Positions 25,989 through 38,600 of a stretch of DNA of 64,000 nucleotides are shown here, one piece after another. The DNA lies in contig NC_043000.1 of the NCBI RefSeq assembly GCF_006345805.1, forward strand, positions 88,288,001-88,352,000, in the 5' to 3' direction. The stretch's first letter is position 1, and every line of letters begins with the position of its first letter. Made by a program: the position numbers and the translations under genes. A model generated the notes under the pieces. That model made no database searches. It was not told where the DNA came from and saw only the letters and a program-made list of their open reading frames with translations. This stretch comes from Octopus sinensis. Taxonomy: Eukaryota.

Positions 25989-26507
25989 GCCCTGATGCAG
26001 TACCAGACAGCAGCTCTCATGGCTTCTGATATTAACTGACTGGAAGTGTTATCATGTACATTGTTTTTTCTTGGTATAAAAGATGGGCTACAGCAAATAT
26101 TCTGTTCAATACCACAGATTTGCCTGTCAGTTGTTTGATCTTAACCAGTTGACCATGTCCCTTAGTGGCTGACGATATGTGCATCTCTGACCACAAGCAG
26201 AAATAGTTGGGGTGCATCATAGCTGTGCGTTGAAAGAAATTCTTGGAGGTTTGGATAATTCACCTTTAGAAACATGGGTGATTCGTTCAACATCCTCAAA
26301 CAACCCTTATTCAGGGACCTTTTGAGCGGGATGGGCTACTCCGTCAGAAGAAAATTCTAAATGGGCCCCACCAGCAACGTCATGTGCTGTTTATCTTGAT
26401 ATGAGATCACCATGATGCGCACATTTGGTTATGATGCATGTGCTTGGCGTACCCTTATCAGATGTATTCAAGATGTCACTTTGATGGTATGCACTGCTCT
26501 CTCACTC
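25986..26507. mobile_element. (AAT)n-embedded element, copy 3 (internal deletion)
   Basis: Same termini as copies 1 and 2; about 35 bp shorter near the 3' end. Confidence 0.85.
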
Positions 26508-26568
<61 letters not shown>

Positions 26569-26571
<3 letters not shown>

Positions 26572-27090
26572 GCCCTGATGCAGTACCAGACAGCAGCTCT
26601 CATGGCTTCTGATATTAACTGACTGGAAGTGTTATCATGTACATTGTTTTTTCTTGGTATAAAAGATGGGCTACAGCAAATATTCTGTTCAATACCACAG
26701 ATTTGCCTGTCAGTTGTTTGATCTTAACCAGTTGACCATGTCCCTTAGTGGCTGACGATATGTGCATCTCTGACCACAAGCAGAAATAGTTGGGGTGCAT
26801 CATAGCTGTGCGTTGAAAGAAATTCTTGGAGGTTTGGATAATTCACCTTTAGAAACATGGGTGATTCGTTCAACATCCTCAAACAACCCTTATTCAGGGA
26901 CCTTTTGAGCGGGATGGGCTACTCCGTCAGAAGAAAATTCTAAATGGGCCCCACCAGCAACGTCATGTGCTGTTTATCTTGATATGAGATCACCATGATG
27001 CGCACATTTGGTTATGATGCATGTGCTTGGCGTACCCTTATCAGATGTATTCAAGATGTCACTTTGATGGTATGCACTGCTCTCTCACTC
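26569..27090. mobile_element. (AAT)n-embedded element, copy 4 (tandem duplicate of copy 3)
   Basis: Identical on visual comparison to 25986-26507, offset 583 bp. Confidence 0.85.
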
Positions 27091-27149
<59 letters not shown>

Positions 27150-27154
<5 letters not shown>

Positions 27155-28060
27155 TCGACATTGATACAACAATTAGAGAGTTAAACCACATCCGCCCGTA
27201 TAAATATCTAAAAATAGACGAAACAGCTAAAACGCAACACACAGAAAATTAAGAGAGAGTATTACAGAAGAGTTAAACTACAATTAAACACTGAACTTAA
27301 TACTAAAAATAGGATAATAAAGATAAACACGCTAGCCATACAAGTCGTAAATTACAGCTTGGAAGATAAAGGGAATTGGGAACTCTAGATAGAAAACCAC
27401 AAAACTATTTACAGCCTACTGAAGTCACCACCCCTAAGCAGACACAGAAAGAACATATTTACCCCACTCAAAAGGAAGCCGTGGACTGATACAGATAGAG
27501 AACTACTATTACATAACAATAGTTGGACTAGGAAAGTAATTAGAAACAAAGAGTGGAAGCCTACTGCATGTAGTAAAGCAACACGAAGAAAAGAAAACGC
27601 TTTTCTCTATACACTGGGAGGCGATAAAATACAAAACAGAAACAAACTACACTGAAACACTGACTTCAGATAACAACATAGCAGAAATGGTCAGAGACTA
27701 AAAACAATGCGAAAACAGCATTACAAAACATACTCAAGAAGATATGGAGAGAAAAATCACTCCATGTCTAATACCTTGCAAGGTTTGACAGAGAGAGAAT
27801 GAGCCTAAGTAAAAGCCAACGGTGGCTGAAAAGCTCTGGACTAAAGGCTGAAACGAAAGGACTGATTCTCTCTGCACAAGACCAATGCCTGATTACAAAC
27901 AATTATAAAAAAGAATATTGAAAACAGGCCCCAACACCAAATGCAGAATGTGCAACCAGCACAGTTAAACAATTAATCATATTCAGTCCTTGCCAAGTCT
28001 GAATATATATATATGCAGACACGGGAAAGTGAGCAGTTATAACCACTGGAAATATATGGT
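27150..28060 (+). mobile_element. R4/Dong fragment (end of RT to CCHC knuckle), decayed
   Basis: YKYL.I, LNTKNRII.INTLAI, HHPKADTERTYL, GL.AETKGLILSAQDQCL, KCRMC. Confidence 0.75.
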
Positions 28061-28222
28061 CAGAAGAAGAAGAAGAAGAAGAAGAAGAAGAAGAAGAAGA
28101 AGAAGAAAAAGAAGAAGAAGAAGAAGAGTGCGACTGTTATCGAATGAACAATGAAGTAGATTGAGATGATTATTTTGAACTTGTGGAAGACATACGAAGT
28201 GTCGTAATATTGTTCATTCGAC

Positions 28223-28293
<71 letters not shown>

Positions 28294-28399
28294 TGATGAT
28301 GATGATGATGATGATGAGGATGATGATGATGATGAGGATGAGGATGATTATGATAGTAAAAACAAAAACCTAAATGAAATAAAAAAAAACAGAAAAAGA

Positions 28400-28680
28400 A
28401 CAAAAATGATCTGACTGGCAGGAGAAAGCGTTGCATGTTAGACCCCCAAATATAGTTGCAACAAATATTTGTAGTGAGACATGGTTATTGATGCAGAAGT
28501 TGCACAAGATGAAGCATTAAGGACTAATTAGATAAAAGCCTAGATAGAGAAATATCAAGTAGATTTCCAATGTAGATTATGCAAATCAAAAGAGGAAAAT
28601 GTTACTCATATAATAAGTGAATGTAGCACGTTGACACAAAAAGTATACAAGAAAAGACATGACAACCCAGGGACAGTAAT
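28400..28680 (+). mobile_element. R4/Dong knuckle fragment
   Basis: AQDEALRTN.IKA.IEK.QVD.QCRLCKSKEENVTHIISEC.TLTQKVYKKRHD; homologous to 31810-32110. Confidence 0.75.
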
Positions 28681-28685
28681 TACAC

Positions 28686-28758
<73 letters not shown>

Positions 28759-29029
28759 CCATATAAGAAAACTCTTTCGGTTTACTCAGATGGTTTACAT
28801 TAAAATATAGTTTTCTTTCATAGCTTTTGCGGATTCTTAAATCCTATTTCTTGATGGTTTCAGATTCGGTCTCTCTTCCTGGCAGCTTGCTGTCACACAT
28901 CCATGCTATTTGCTATTCGCTGCGGTATTCTGTTTACTGTATGGGTTAATTTCTGTATGTTTTTCGAGGAGTAGCGTGTGTAAATCATAAATCAACCATT
29001 CCATAGTATTCGTGGTTATCTGTCCAATG

Positions 29030-29462
29030 TTCATTTTTTGGGGGTTGCTTTTGTTATGGGTTCATCGTTACAGCGTTTACCTGTTGACAGAACACGGCCC
29101 ATGTAGATACGTCGATGTTTCTTCCGTATTAAAAACATGCGACACGAGCAGGTAGAGAAAGTGCTACATTGGAAAATGTGCGAAAAGTGGGGGGCAGAGA
29201 GAGGCAAGACATAGTATGAGCACAAACCGCAGAGAATGGCGGAGTCGGAGACTAGCAAAATCCACTGGGATTTCCCAATCCAAACAGATCAGGTGCTTGA
29301 GCATAACAGACTGGACCTAGTGGTTGTAGATAAGATGCACCATATTTGCTATATAGTTGATGTTGCTTACTCCTTTGACTGAGGAATAGTTGAGAAGGAA
29401 AGCGAAAATATAATTAAATACAACCCACTTAAGTACGAAATAGCCCGGCTATGGAAAATGAA
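29030..29462 (+). mobile_element. R4/Dong RLE fragment
   Basis: RHEQVEKVLHWKMCEKW..YEHKPQRMAESETSKIHWDFPIQTDQVLEHNRLDLVVVDK...KYEIARLWKM. Confidence 0.8.
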
Positions 29463-29595
29463 GGTGGAGGCGCGTGGCTTAGTGGTTAGGATGTCAGTAT
29501 CATGATCGTAATATTGTGGTTTCGATTCCCAGACCGAGTGACGCGTTGTGTTCTTGAGCAAAACACTTCATTTCACGTTGCTCCAGTTCACTCAG
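29463..29595 (+). mobile_element. tRNA-derived SINE head, 3'-truncated
   Basis: GTGGAGGCGCGTGGCTTAGTGGTTAGG...GGTTTCGATTCCC A/B boxes followed by GCGTTGTGTTCTTGAGCAAAACAC. Confidence 0.75.
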
Positions 29596-32500
29596 TGATG
29601 CAGTGCTACTTACAAAGTGATCCTAAAATAAGGGGCTATAGAAAACGGATGTTCATACTTTGGGTAGAGAAAGGTATCTTTAAAGTGGCTGAGCAGAGAC
29701 AAGTAGATCAAGCTAATGCTATTAAGAGAAGAAAGTAGATGACAGAACTGGAGGTGGAAGAGATTAAAAGAGAACTGGGAAACTAATAATAGTAATACCA
29801 ATAGGGAAGGGACAACTGGCACCAACGTGTTAAGTGATTTAAGTCAGGAAAGTTTTGATGAGTTGCGGTAGGTAATGAGTAAAGTAAAAAACAACATTGC
29901 CAGCATTAAAAGGCACCAACAGAAAGAAGCTGCTAGATATGACTAGGAAAGTTGATTCTGTTATCAGTAGGATAGATACTAAAAATAAAGGAGACACTAA
30001 CTTATTGATCTATACAGGAAGGGTAGTAGCTACTAGAAGATTAGATATTCCACAAGAAAAGATTAGAAAAGAGCAAATGTGGAAAAGGAGACCACAAAAT
30101 AAAGGGAAAACTGTAAGTCAAGATCTAAGTAGAATAGTAGCCTGGAAACTGAATACGTTAGGTAACACAAGGTTTAAATCTTCTATTGAGAAAAGATACT
30201 TAGTCAAAGAGAAATGCTTTGGGAGAATCATAGAAGAGTTGAAACAGCGTATCATAAAAGCAGCAGGCAAGCGCTCCAGATATCAGAAAAGAATATATCA
30301 ATATCAACAAAATAAATTTTCTGAGATAGACCACAGGAGATTTTATAACCAAATAAATAAGAAATAGGGAAGATGAGATGCCTAATGCAGAAGAAGCTAG
30401 GAAGTTCTGGAGTAATATTTGGGATAAGTCAGTCAAACATAATGGAGATGCAGTATAGTTAAACAAAGTGAGGGAAGAATTAGTGAGTGAGAAGCATCCA
30501 GGGCTAAGAGTCACTCGTGCATTAGTGAGTAAAGTGTTAGATAAAATGCGGAATTGGAAGGGCCCAGGACCAGATTTATTTCAAGGGTACTGGATAAAGA
30601 AAGTTAGTCGTTTACATGGGAGACTGAGGCAACAACTTCAGAATTGCCTGAATGGAGGAATAATACCAGACTGGATGATGAGAGGGAAAACAATATTCCT
30701 TCTGAAAGATAATAGCAAGGGCAATACAGCTAGCGATTATAGACCGATCACTTGCTTACCATTAGTGTAGAAGCTGTTAATAGGAATGCTCCGAGAAAGC
30801 ATTTACGGGTATCTTGACAGCCTGAATTTACTACCAGAACAGAAAGGTTGCAAAAAGAAGCCTAGAGGAAAGTACAAAGCAGTTTTAAATGAAGTAAAAG
30901 AAAAACGTTTTAAATAGCATGGATAGATTACAAAATGGCTATATGATCCCACACTCATGGCTAAGTGAATGTTTGAGTATACTCAGTATATTAGACAACA
31001 TAAGATGATTAATTAGCTTTAGCATGAAGAAATGGAAAGTAGATCTCTACTCAGGTGACACAGTCTTAGGGGTGGATAATATCAAGAGGAATTTGAGACT
31101 TGTTATCTCCTTTCATATTTGTCCTATGTTTAATCTCGCACGGTTTAGTATCAAGGAAGGCAAATGCCTGGTATCAGTTTGGAAATAGTAACTGAAAAGT
31201 AACCATTTGCTCTACATGAATGATCTGAAGCTTTTTAGTAAGAATGAAAAAGAGATAGGCATGGAATTTCATATAGATAAGTGTGTAATGTTAGTCATGA
31301 GAAGGGAACAGTGAAGACAACCAATTACCAGATAGTCAGACATTAAAATCATTAACGGAAGAAGAGAGTTATAAGTATCTAGGAGTATTAGAATCTGACA
31401 AGAGTACCAACTATAGAACTGAAAACGAAAATCGAGGAGTATATCGGTAGGGTGAGGAAGCTAATGAAATGTAATGCTAAATGCGCCAAATCTTGTGAAG
31501 GCTGTAAATACTTGGGCAATAACTTTACTTTGTTGATTGAACAAAAACTAACTTAGCAAAGCTAGACAGAACTAGGAAGGAATTCAATATGAATGGAGAA
31601 CTCCATACAAGGGGAGAGTATCAAGATTATACTTACTTAGAAAGGAAGAGGGCTAATATCCGTAGAAGACTGCGTGGAGTTAGCTAGAGTAGATATAGGA
31701 TCCTATGTAGGTAATAGTGAAGAAAGTTTATTAAGAGCTGCTAGAGTCACAGCAAAATTTAGGAAAACCAAAAAAACAAAAACCAAGTTAAAAATCAGAA
31801 AAAAGAACAATGGTGATCTGACTGCCAGGAGAAGGCTTTGCATGGTAGATACCCAAAGATAGTTGCAGAAAATAGTTGTAGCGAGACATGATTATATTTG
31901 CAGAAAGGGAGGCTGAAAAGGGAGACAGTAAGTTTGTTAGTTGCAGCACAAGATCAAGCATTGAGGACTAATTGGATAAAAGCCAAGATAGACAAAAATC
32001 AAGTAGATTCGCAATGCAGATTATGCAAATCAAAAGAGGAAAGTGTTACTCATATAGTAATTGAATGTAGCACGCTGACACAAAAAGAATACAAGTGAAG
32101 ACATAACAGCCTAGGGATAGAAATCCACTGGGAGCTATGTAGAAAGATAGGATTTGACCATATCGATAAATGGCATGAACATTAGCATCGTACGTGTAGA
32201 CTTCCACCCACTTCACAGAATTGATCAAGGATACCCCCATTGAATCCAACTAAATGGTGAGTCTAGATGTGATAAGTCTGTTCACCAAAGTCCCAACTGG
32301 TGAAGCACTATCGGTGATTCAAGAAAAACTAGTGACAGACACGCATCTAAAAGAACGCACTAGTATATCAATAAGAAATTTGATGGAAATGTTGACCTTC
32401 TGTGTAGAAAATACCTACTTCAGTATGGACACTGATATATATGGACAAGAAGAGGGTTTAGCTATGGGTTCGCCATTACTGCCGATAATAGCCAATATAT

Positions 32501-33988
32501 ACATGGAATACTTTGAGAATTTGACTTTAGAATCAACACCACTAAAACCAACCCTATGATTGCGATATGTTGATGACATCTTTATACTCTGGCCTCACCA
32601 GGAAGATGTCCAAGTGCTGTTAGATCATGTGAACTCAATAAAGCCATCCATACAGTTCACAAGGGAAAAGGAAAATGGCAATCAGCTAGCATACCTGGAC
32701 GCATTAAAATACATACCAGGTATGGATTCAGAACATCCGTATACCGCAAGTCAACCTTCACTGGACGATACCTCAACTTCAACTCCCACCATCCATGCAG
32801 TGTAAAGAGAGGGATTGCTCAGTGGCTAAAACATCGAGCAATGAATATAAGATACCCACCACAAAGAAGTGAGCAAGCTAAGTTACAATCTAATAAGTTA
32901 TATCTACCCCGAGAACATGCTATCCACTCCAATTATGAAGAAAAGAGAGGATGAAAACAATAAACCGTCCACAGTCTGTCTACCTTTTGTGAAAGGCCTC
33001 TCCGAAAAGATACAAAAGATATGCGGCCGATATGACATCAGGACAGTATTGAAGAGTAACACAACGCAAATATCTCCTTCGAGTAAAACCACCAATAGAA
33101 GAGAATATGACCAAAGACTGCGTGTACTCCATTCGATGTATCTGTGGTAGGTTATACAAAAGCGAAACATGCCGCCCCCTCAAAATAAGGGTAGACGAAC
33201 ATCGCAAAGCAGAGACACGAGGAGATATTGATGAATCGTTTATAGCTGACCATGTATGGGAAATGGAGACCACCTCCCCCAGTGGGATGAAGTTAAAATA
33301 ATAGTTAAAGAACACCACTGGAAAAGACGAAAAACTAAAAGAAGCAGCACATATGTTAGGAGACAATAACCGCCTAAATAGACCAAGTGCAGATATGAGT
33401 AGCATATGGGAACCGGAATTAAGGAAGGATAGGAAAATAGTAGATTTATGAGCCCTAAAATTCACTCCATAATTGCCCACAGGCATATGGCGTAGTGGTT
33501 AAGAGCACGATCTACTAACCTCAAGATTTCGATTTCGTCAAATATAAATAATGTAAATAAGGCATGAACATGAACCTCGTAAAGTACTAGAAAGTAAGAA
33601 ATATAAGATGTTTAGGGACTTCAACATTCATACTGACAGAATAAGAGAAGCCAGAAGGCCTGATTCAAAGAGAATAGAAATGCCAGATAATTGACTTTAC
33701 AGTCCCAAATGATGAGAAAATTAGTATGAGAGGTATAGAAAAAGTAGAAAAAAGTATCAGAACTTTGCCATTGAACTACAGAGACTATGGAAAGTGCAGG
33801 TAAAAACTATCCCAGTAATTATAGGTGCATTTGGAACTATCCCTAAAGATTTCTACAGATGGAATAGGCACAGACCCCAGTTTAGGACAGCTGCATAAAG
33901 CAGTGCTATTAGGGACAGATAGGATACTTAGGCGGGTTCTTGGCATGTAAGGTTACGTGTTGTAGCCCGATGTTGTGTGTATATGAAA

Positions 33989-33990
<2 letters not shown>
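29596..33990 (+). mobile_element. Near-full-length decayed R4/Dong retrotransposon, interrupted by a PLE at 32183-33560
   Basis: N-terminal CY..SDPKIRGYRKRM..W..KG; RT GPGPDLFQGYWIK, YRPITCLPL, QKGC, YMNDLKL; knuckle CRLCKSKEESVTHIVIEC; RLE resumes HEPRKVLE..DFNIHTDR..ARRPD; ends RILRRVLGM*, short UTR, (AAT)n. Many stops and frameshifts. Confidence 0.9.
32183..33560 (+). mobile_element. 5'-truncated Penelope/Poseidon-type PLE (RT plus GIY-YIG), pseudogenised, with 11-bp TSD
   Basis: VSLDVISLFTKVP, GLAMGSPL..IANIYME, RYVDDIF, CVYSIRC.CGRLY..ET.RPLKIRVDEH; GGCATGAACAT at 32172-32182 and 33561-33571. Confidence 0.9.
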
Positions 33991-34020
<30 letters not shown>

Positions 34021-34023
<3 letters not shown>

Positions 34024-34542
34024 GAGCACTCAGAGACCGCAAACCTCCATCGAGGCAACACCAACGTCCTCTCAACGATTAACTGGAGATGATTTTTAAA
34101 ATGAGAATATCTGAAAGAAAATCGACTGCTCTCATAAACGAGAATACTAAAAATGAACCCTATTGCTTTTTAAACAGAAAAATAATCCATATACCTTGTC
34201 CAGTACCTGATCGATCCCAATGGGAGTCATGGAATGCGCAATGGTAATGCTCACGCTGAAAATGTGTGAGTATGTGTGTGTTTGTGTGTGCGTGTACAAG
34301 AGAACTATGTGAAATTTTACATATATATGTAAAGTAAAGAAAATATAAAAAATAAACCAGAATCCTTGTCTGATACCGGATCAATCCCCAAATCTATTCA
34401 TGTTGTGCCAGTCACCAGGCCAAATATCCCTGAAAGTTTCATTCGAATCCATCCGGCGGTTCTTGAGATATCTTGTCCACAGACAAACAGACAAATAAAC
34501 ACGAATGAAAACAACACATCTGCCTTCGCTAAGGCGGAAGTA
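34021..34542 (+). mobile_element. Non-autonomous Helentron/DINE-1-like element
   Basis: 5' CAAGAGCACTCAGAGA..CAAACCTCC, internal GAAAGTTTCA..GAATCCATCC..GAGATATC, ACAGACAAAC repeats, 3' hairpin CTGCCTT-CGCT-AAGGCGG; A/T-rich junctions. Confidence 0.5.
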
Positions 34543-34544
34543 TT

Positions 34545-35200
34545 AATAAATAAATGCAGAATGTGTGTTGAGAGGGGTGAAACGGTATGGCACATTATTA
34601 ACGAGTTCCCGAAATTGGCACAATGCGAATACAAAAGACGACATGACAATGTGCCAAGAATGATTGATTGGGAGCTCTGTGAAAATCACGGCCTATAAAG
34701 AGCAAACCGCAGGACCAGTCATCGAGATTGAAAATATTGCAAAATCATGTGGGGTACAATGATTCAGTACCATCACCTGACCAAACATCGGAAACCAGAC
34801 ATTGTTGTGGTGGAAAAAAAAGAAAGAAGTTGCATGATAATCAACATAGTATGTTCCGAAGACCAGAGAATCAAAGAAGAAAAAAACTGGACAATTATGA
34901 ACATATGAACTGAGAAATAGGAAGATCGTGGTCAATGAGGAGAATAAAATTGGTATCAATAGTAATTGGCACATTTGGAAGTATCAGCACTCAAATTCCA
35001 GCATAGTTCAAAAAGATTGGTACAAATGCAAAGGTAGAAAACTTACAAAAACCAGCACTGCTTGGAACTGCAAGAATTCTTCGAAAAGTTTTTGAAGCAT
35101 AACCAGTAAACAAGTGTCACCTTAGTCTGCTGACTGTGGACAGCTAACACTTTCTATCATACCCAGCAAAGTAGACTGTGAGTTTGCATCAATTAATAAT
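34545..35200 (+). mobile_element. R4/Dong knuckle-RLE-3' UTR fragment
   Basis: KCRMCVERGETVWHIINEFPKLAQCEYKRRHDNV..IDWELC; KPDIVVV; HLQKPALLGTARILRKVFEA*. Confidence 0.8.
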
Positions 35201-35689
35201 AATGATGATGATAATGATAATTTCTTTATTCATCACTAAGGATTGACAAAAGACGTTGGTTGGGCACAGTACAGGGCAATACAATGTGGGTTTCATAAAA
35301 AGTGTGTAAACTGTAAAAAAAAGGCAGTAACAATATATATTTTAACCATGAAAAACTCCCCCAAAATGGAGACTAAGCAACGTTGCTCATGGAAACCCCA
35401 CAGAATTACGGTCACCCGAACGTATCTTGCCACATTCACTCACCTTTCCAGAAAATTACTGAGAGTTAGTACTTCTCTCTCTAGCCTCAATTTTCTTTTC
35501 AAGAGGAAAGCATATCTTCACCCCTTTCAATCTGGTCTACCACTCAACCTCTTTCGTTCACTAAAGCCACCAGACAAAAATAAACACTGCTTTCCCTAAA
35601 AAACCTATACCCATCTCCATCAGAATACAAACATTTCAAAGACGCTCCTTCTTTTCACACACCCTCTGCCTAGCATTGACGGCTGTAAC

Positions 35690-37350
35690 CGACATGCTGA
35701 ACAGAACTTTATGTGAAGACAGCTACTATGGTAATACAATCCAGTGTCTCTTGTATATGGATATTAAATTGTATGCTGCAAATGACAATCAAAAGGAAAC
35801 ACTACTACGGATAGTACACGGATTTATCATAGAGATCAGTATTTTATTCGACTTTAGAGAAGAGGAAACTATAAAAGAGAAAGCTATTTAAGAAAAGTGA
35901 TATCGTACTAGATAAAGAAACTGAAATAAGAGAACTAAACTAAACGCAGACATACAGCTACATAGGAATAAATGAACAGTACAAAACGCAAAATGAAAGA
36001 AAAGATAAAGGAGGAATATTATAGACGAATTAGATTAATACTTTAAAAAGTTTTATACAAAGGAAAACATAAAACATTAAAAATCACTACTCTAGCTGTC
36101 TAGTCAGAAGTTAGTTGTTATATTCTTGACTGGACTCTAAATCAACTAAGAAAGTTAGAGAGGAAAACAAGAAATAAATTGACTGTATTTACAATACGCC
36201 TCTCAAAATCTGACAGAGAAAGGTTATACATATAAAACAAACTGACGGAAGCAGAGGCCCTATACGACGAGAACTATCATTAAATATCACATCCACCACA
36301 GAACTTCAAAAATCTCTAATTCAGAATCAAGGAAAACTGATACAAATAGCCATAAAGCATGAGGAAACCACAAAAGAATTCGTTTTCTCTCTTCAAGGAA
36401 AGCAGAGAGAATAATAATAATAGTTATGAAGAAGAAATGTAACAATAAAAGCTGTAAAGCAGCTAAAATCTAAGCTAAAACTACAATTACAGAATGCTAT
36501 GATAAAACATTACCCCAAAATCTTTTACATGGCGCAGACATTGAAATAAACCAAACAGAAAAGATCTAAATAAAGTAAAATCCCAACATTGGCTGAAAAG
36601 CGTGGGTCTAGAAGCAGAGATAAAAAGCTTTGTTATTGCGGCACTAGATCATATCCTCTCCATCAGGAATCACAAAAAGACATGCTATGAAACAGAATAC
36701 AATAAGTAACTGCACAATAGAAACCAATCCAGGGGAAGAAACAATAAATCACATTGTCTCTGGCTATCTAGTCTTGGTCAAGAAAGAATGTACTCACAAA
36801 CATGACAGGATATAAAATTATCTTCAACAAAGACAAAAATTATGAAACAGAGGCTGAATGAAAAATGAAAGGAAGATGAAGGACAAAAAGGACATTTAAT
36901 ATTAGACATTGTAAAAATGATAAAATCTAAGATTTTTTTTAGCTTAAATATGTCTATAAAATGCCTTGATAAAGCGAAGGTGAAAAAACCTCTAAAAGGC
37001 GAAAAACACAATAGGTTACAAGTAGACAAGGAAAAATCGCAAACTATCTAAAAGGAGAGGATTTGACTTTGGGATTGAAGGGTTCTTGGTTGCGGTACAG
37101 AATCAAATCCTACAAGATATTGCAAAGGAGCATGCCAGGAAGCAGAGTGCGGTGATTGACTATAGAGTATAAGCTATGATTGACTGTGAAGTCTGGCGTA
37201 ACACAGTAAATTCCATTGTCTCGACCACGGTCGAACAATGATGATGATGATAGAGTATATGGAAATATGGAAAAAAACAATAATTAACCAAAATGTTTGG
37301 GAGTGACGTATCTTATCCAAAAAGAATAATTCATCCACTTGTATGAGAGA
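35690..37350 (+). mobile_element. Heavily decayed R4/Dong fragments
   Basis: LLYMDIKLYA (RT motif C region), KEEYYRRIRLIL, HIVSGYLVLVKKEC, later DCEVWRNTVN..DH.RT. Confidence 0.6.
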
Positions 37351-37512
37351 AGTAAGGTTTACAAACACTGAAAGTAATGCTAGCATAATGAAAAATCAAC
37401 AGAAATAAATGATATGAGTAAAAGCAATGCTATTTGAGAAAATACTTTGATTACAACGAAATAGAGAGATATATCACCTACTTCCTTATCGGTTCTTGGA
37501 TAAATTCCTTAC

Positions 37513-37590
37513 ACGAGTAGGTACTGCCTTTCCGACACACCTCGTCCATAGCTCCATGGTTTCCGCGCACTAGCTCACATCGAGGACCGC
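37513..37590 (-). CDS. Candidate 78-nt phase 1-1 coding exon (GPRCELVRGNHGAMDEVCRKGSTYS)
   Basis: Branch-like TACTAAT, acceptor ttcataag, donor GTAAGG; only one open frame; GC-rich island in an AT-rich context. Confidence 0.5.
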
Positions 37591-37876
37591 CTTATGAATC
37601 ACATTAGTAAATATGAAATGCTGTAGATGGTTGTGGTGAGAAGGCTATCGTTATAGTACTCTCTGTTGATATGCTATTTTTGTTTTTATATTTCAGTTAA
37701 AGTTTTCAGTATTTATTATTATCATTTTTATTTTTATTTTTTTTGTTGGTATTTTCCAATGTTCAAAGATAAGCTGTCTTTAATTTTCACGAAGTCACTT
37801 TCTTGAAATATATTTTCCTGGTAGAAAATGAATGAATATGGGGTGTGTAAATTTGTGTTATTAAAACTAATGTTAC

Positions 37877-37915
37877 CAATCTTGTGGCGAGCTCCTCCTA
37901 TCGTGCAAATGGCTG
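37877..37915 (-). CDS. Candidate 39-nt phase 1-1 coding exon (AICTIGGARHKI)
   Basis: Strong acceptor ttgttcttttctttcag, donor GTAACA; splices in frame to 37590 across a 286-nt intron. Confidence 0.5.
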
Positions 37916-38142
37916 CTGAAAGAAAAGAACAATCTAAAAATGGGTTTTGAGAATTATTTATCCCGAACAAGTGCACTGCAGTGGGATATCAAAATAATTC
38001 GAAACCGTTTGTCGGTAAGCAAGCCAACAACCCATTTTTGAATAGATCATCCGTTAAAAAAGTACTTTTCACTCTGGAGTTCTGACTCAGGCATTCCTTT
38101 CCGCGAACATTCAAGTATCCACCTCCTCTTCCTCCCACTCCT

Positions 38143-38211
<69 letters not shown>

Positions 38212-38214
38212 TAG

Positions 38215-38600
38215 AAACGAGGCCTGAAATTTTGTGAGAAGGAGTAAGACGATTACATCGACCCCAGTGTTCAAATGGTACTTATTTTACCGACCCGGAA
38301 AGATGAAGAGAAAAGTCAACACCGGCGGCATTTGAACTCAGAAGGTGAAGATAGACGAAATACCTATTTCTTTATTACCCACAGGGGGCTAAACATAGAA
38401 AGGACAAACAAGGACAGACATAGGTATTAAGTCGATTACATCGACCCCAGTGCGTAACTGGTGCTTAATTTATCGACCCCGAAGGGATGAAAGGCAAAGT
38501 CGACCTCGGCAGAATTTGAACTCACAACGTAACGGCAGACGAAATACCGCTAAGCATTTCGCCCGACATGCTTGCGATTCTGCCAGTTCGCCGCCTTGAT
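38215..38600 (-). mobile_element. Dimeric CORE-type SINE
   Basis: Full monomer, a TTTGTCCT..AGCCCC.GTGGGTAATAAAGAAATAGG linker and a second headless monomer; same layout as 45530-45930. Confidence 0.75.

Noticed and set aside
25986-27150. CRISPR-like or satellite array
   Set aside because: Only a two-copy duplication of a dispersed element; no repeat-spacer structure, and the context is eukaryotic.
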